A stretch of DNA of 64,000 bases from Squalus acanthias (taxonomy: Eukaryota), in assembly GCA_030390025.1 (NCBI GenBank), contig JASTWF010000035.1, positions 1,488,001 to 1,552,000 on the forward strand, given 5' to 3'. Each line of letters starts with the position of its first letter. The stretch's first letter is position 1. The notes under the pieces were generated by a model. That model ran no database searches, had not been told where the DNA came from, and saw nothing but the letters and a program-made list of their open reading frames with translations. The position numbers were made by a program, and so were the translations under genes. Of the stretch, positions 59,977-64,000 are shown one piece after another.

Positions 59977-60719
59977 GGGAGTGAAATTCGGTGGCGCCCT
60001 GTTTCCGGGCGGTAACGCTGGCGAGGCGGGACATTCCGCGTCCGGCGAGGAAGTCCCGCCCCGGGGGGGAAATTCGTCTTATCACCCCGGCCAGGAAGTG
60101 GAGCACAATCTCGGGCGCTCCACTTCCTGGTGGGGCGGCAACCGAGGCTGTGACGGGGCACGATCGGCAGCGCTCCACGGAGGCTCCACAAAGTGCTGCC
60201 ACGTATCAATGCCCCTCCCCTTCAATTAAAGGAGACGGCCGCTGTGCACTGTGCAGGGGCTCCAATGTCCCACACTAGGCCACCAGGGCAGAGTGGTCCC
60301 ATGGCAGCAGCCTGGCGGCGAGACACGGTGCCGGGTTGTGTGATGGCGGCCAGGACCACGCCACGGCACACCACGGAGGGCCGACCTGGAGGGCCGACAA
60401 AAAAAATAAAATGGTGGCGCGGGTCGCGGCCGCACCTCCCCTTTAACTACCGCCCCGCGAGTGGAGGACGGCCTGGCTCGCGACCCGCGAGGCTGGTGCT
60501 GACATCGCCCGCGGCAGCCTTGTGTGGCACAGCCATATTTCTGCCACGAGGCGTTAAAGGGATACGGCGGGGCGCTAAGATGACGTGGAGGGGCGCTAAG
60601 GGGTTTGCTGCGCACGCCGATGATGTAATCACCGTAGGCACGGTGGCCCGGGGCGCTACCGGTGGGCTGCGCAGCGCTATCAGGTAGCGCCTCAGCAATG
60701 CTCTGTCGAATTTTCCCCC
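59977..60719. mobile_element. Harbinger-like GC-rich MITE
   Basis: AAA|GGGAGTGAAATTCG...CGAATTTTCCCCC|AAA, with GGCGCTA repeats near the right end. Confidence 0.75.
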
Positions 60720-60819
60720 AAATTCTTTTGAAGACCAAATGGCTGTATGAATCAATAAATCCACTTTTAGGATCGCTACAGAATTCTACTGAAGAGGTAG
60801 CTATCTCTTGTACTGACCA

Positions 60820-62255
60820 GAGAATCATAGAATAGTACAGCACAGAAGGTCACCATTCGGCCCATTGAGTCTGCGCCGACTCTTTAGAAGAGCAATCCAG
60901 TTAGTCCCAGTTAACCGCTTTTATCCCATGTTCCTGCAATTTTTTCTCTTTCAAGTATTTATCCAATTCCCTTTTGAAAGCAGCGATTGAATCTGTTTCC
61001 ACCACCCTATCAGGTAGTGCATAAGACCTCGTCCTCACCAATCTACCTGTTGCAGATGCATCTCTCCATGACAGTTTTGGTAGCAGTGACCACCGCACAG
61101 TCATTGTGGAGACGAAGTCCCGTCTTCACACTGAGGACACCCTCCATCGTGTTGTGTGGCGCTACCACCATACTAAATGAGATAGATTCAGAACAGATCT
61201 AGCAGCTCAAAACTGGGCATCCATGAGGCACTGTGGGCCATCAGCAGCAGCAGAATTGTATTCCACCACAATCTGTAACCTCATGGCCCGGCATATCCCT
61301 CACTCTACCATTACCACCAAGCCAGGGGACCAACCCTGGTTCAATAAGGAGTGTAGAAGAGCATGTCAGGAGCAGCACCAGGCGTACCTAAAAATGAGGT
61401 GCCAACCTGGGGAAGCTGCAACACAGGACTACATGAATGCTAAAAAGCGGAAGCAGCATACTACAGACAGGGCTAAGCGATCCCACAATCAACGGATCAG
61501 ATCAAAGCTCTGCAGTCCTGCCCCATCCAGTCGTGAATGGTGGTGGACCATTAAACAACTAACGGGAGGAGAAGGCTCCATGAATATCCCCATCCTCAAT
61601 AATTGTGGAGCCCAGCACGTTAATGCAAAAGACAAGGCTGAAGCGTTTGCAACCATCTTCAGCCAGAAGTGCCGAGTGGATGATCCATATCGGCCTCCTC
61701 CCGAGGTCCCCACCATCACAGAAGGCAGTCTTCAGCCAATTCAATTCAGTAGGGCATTCCACAGCCTCACAATCTGCTGGTAAAAAATGTTTCTCCTGCT
61801 CTCTCCTAAATCTCTTATATTTAATCTTATTTGTCCCTTTGTTTTAGACCCTCTAATCATTGGAAACTGTGGGTGGAACTTGCAACATGGGCAGGAGAGT
61901 GAAGCTGGTGAGATTGGAGCAGCCACTCATTATACACTCGCCCCATTTTCCTCTCCTTGAAGTTAATAGAAAGGAAAATCGGGCAGGTGATCCGCCGATG
62001 CTGAAAGTTCCGCTCAGTCTGTTTTGATCTACTCTCTCCTGTTACTTCACTATTTTACACATCTCTACAAAAGCACTCCATAATCACCTCCATTCTAATG
62101 AAAACAGCCCCAATTTTTCAAGTCTTTCTCCATATTTGTATTTCCTCATACCCGGCAGCTTCATAGTGAGTCTGCGCTGTTCCTCTCTGTTGCCTCAACA
62201 TTCTTCCTACAGTATGGAGCCCACAACTGCACACAGTCCTCCAACTGTGGGCTTA
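60820..62255. mobile_element. CR1 fragments (-) around a LINE family B fragment (+, about 61025-61750)
   Basis: 61025-61750 is collinear with 6970-7690. The flanks resemble CR1 3' sequence. Confidence 0.8.
61871..62015. mobile_element. Small palindromic MITE, probably Harbinger-type
   Basis: GGGTGGAACTT...AAGTTCCGCTC imperfect TIRs with an internal hairpin; flanks TGT/AGT; interrupts a CR1 fragment. Confidence 0.5.
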
Positions 62256-62289
62256 TTTGCTTAATGGGCCAGGTTTCTGTTCGTGCTGT

Positions 62290-64000
62290 TATATCTATAT
62301 CTTCCTGTGACTGAGTGCAGTGGGCACAGAGTGAACAACTGGGAGTTTGGTAAGTGTGGGTGTTCGGTGAAGTGGAGGAAGGAGGTACTTGCTTTTCCTA
62401 ACTTCTCCCGCAGACAGGCGGCGGACCTGAGCGTGAGCAGACCGAGGCCCGAGAGCGGGAGCAGAGCGAGGCCCAAGAGCGGGAGCAGACCGAGGCCCGA
62501 GAGCGGGAGCAGACCGAGGCCCGAGAGCGGGAGCAGACCGAGGCCCGAGAGCGGGAGCAGACCGAGGCCCGAGAGCGGGAGCAGACCGAGGCCCGAGAGC
62601 GGGAGAGACCGAGGCCCGAGAGCGGGAGAGACCGAGGCCCGAGAGCGGGAGAGACCGAGGCCCGAGAGCGGGAGCAGACCGAGGCCCGAGAGCGGGAGCA
62701 GAGCGAGGCCCGAGAGCGGGAGCAGACCGAGGCCCGAGAGCGGGAGAGACCGAGGCCCGAGAGCGGGAGAGACCGAGGCCCGAGAGCGGGAGAGACCGAG
62801 GCCCGAGAGCGGGAGAGACCGAGGCCCGAGAGCGGGAGAGACCGAGGCCCGAGAGCGGGAGCAGACCGAGGCCCGAGAGCGGGAGCAGACCGAGGCCCGA
62901 GAGCGGGAGCAGACCGAGGCCCGAGAGCGGGAGCAGACCGAGGCCCGAGAGCGGGGATAAAAGCAGCAACAGACCTGCATCAACAAGAGAAAACAGCAGT
63001 GTGACATCACAGGTAAGGCAGGTAAGTGATTGGTAGTGACTGTGGGCTAAGTTTTAAGTTAACATAACATATAACTACATTTTTAAAACTAAACTTAATG
63101 TAATTAATTTAATAAACTAAACGAGGTAAATAATTTGATTAACACTAAACTAATGAATTAAATAAATAAAATGATGGGAGAACAGGAGATGTGTTGCTGC
63201 TGCAATATGTGGGACCTTGTGGACATTTTTGTCCAGGGCGACTACATCTGCGGTAAGTGTCTGTGGCTCGAAGAACTTCAGCTCCGAGTTGAGGAGCTGG
63301 AGTCCGAGCTGCAGACATTGCGAGACATCAGGGAGGGAGAAAGTAACCTGGACCTTTTGCTCCAGGAGGCAGCCACACCCCTTAGATTAAATACTTTAGA
63401 ATTGACACGTGGTCAGGGACAGGAGGGTGTGACTGCGAGTGAGGCAGGTACGGGGATCCAGGAGGTAGTATTGCAGGAGCCTCAGTCCCTGCACTTGTCC
63501 AATAGATTTGAGGTTCTTGCAACCCTTGTGGACAAGTGTGGGGACTGCGGGGAGGCTGAGCAAACTGACCACGGCACCGTGGTACAGGAAGCCGTTCAAG
63601 TGGGGGGAGTAAAAAGGAAGGTAGTTGTAGTAGGTGACAGTATAGTTAGGGGGATAGATACTGTTCTCTGCAGCCAGGAGCGTGAGTCCCAAAGGCTATT
63701 TGCCTACCCGGTGCCAGGGTAAAGGACATCTTCTCTGGGCTGGAGAAGAACTTGGAGTGGGAGGGGGAGGATCCAGTTGTTGTGGTCCACGTAGGTACCA
63801 ATTACATAGGTAGGACAAAGAAAGAGATTCTGCTGAGAGAGTATGAGCAGCTAGGGACTAAATTAAAAAGCAGAACCACAAAGGTCATAATCTCTGGATT
63901 ATTACCGGCGCCACGAGCAAATTAGCATAAGATCACGGAGATGAATGCGTGGCTCAAAGATTGGTGTGGGAGAAGTGGGATTCGATTCGTGGGGCACTTG
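62290..64000 (+). mobile_element. CR1 LINE 5' end: 5'UTR with tandem repeat, and ORF1 (63171 onward, frameshifted near 63700)
   Basis: CCCC...YICGKC, leucine zipper, VVVGDSIVRG, VVVHVGTN. The element runs off the window. Confidence 0.85.
62436..62955 (+). repeat. CpG-rich 22/24-bp tandem repeat agaccgaggcccgagagcgggag(c)
   Basis: More than 20 near-identical units directly visible. Confidence 0.95.

Noticed and set aside
62261..63010. SR/RE-rich protein ORFs
   Set aside because: Translations of the 22/24-bp tandem repeat.

Overview
Eukaryotic (vertebrate) genomic DNA. The repeat repertoire points to a cartilaginous fish (shark), which is inference. Most of the window is nested transposable elements: CR1 LINEs, a second CR1/Jockey-group LINE family, RTE fragments, Penelope-like elements, tRNA-derived SINEs, PIF/Harbinger elements and MITEs, a Tigger-like MITE, and minisatellites. 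These fill the introns of a minus-strand ADAM metalloprotease gene (ADAM15-like, best guess). Five small exons of that gene splice in frame: 59895-59819, 54867-54789, 34151-34075, 33141-32967 and 5686-5621. They encode the prodomain, cysteine switch, furin site and start of the catalytic domain, and most are missed by the ORF track. Highlights: (1) a 4.2-kb Harbinger transposon (44683-48899) with both genes apparently intact, a DDE transposase and a three-exon Myb/SANT partner; (2) three ~0.9-kb related MITEs, each inserted at a TAT in a CR1 3'-tail microsatellite, two of them head-to-head; (3) further decayed Harbinger families with the same architecture; (4) minimal hammerhead-ribozyme motifs in Penelope-like element ends, with a compensatory base change visible between copies. 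Boundaries of degraded LINE pieces are approximate. No database searches were run.
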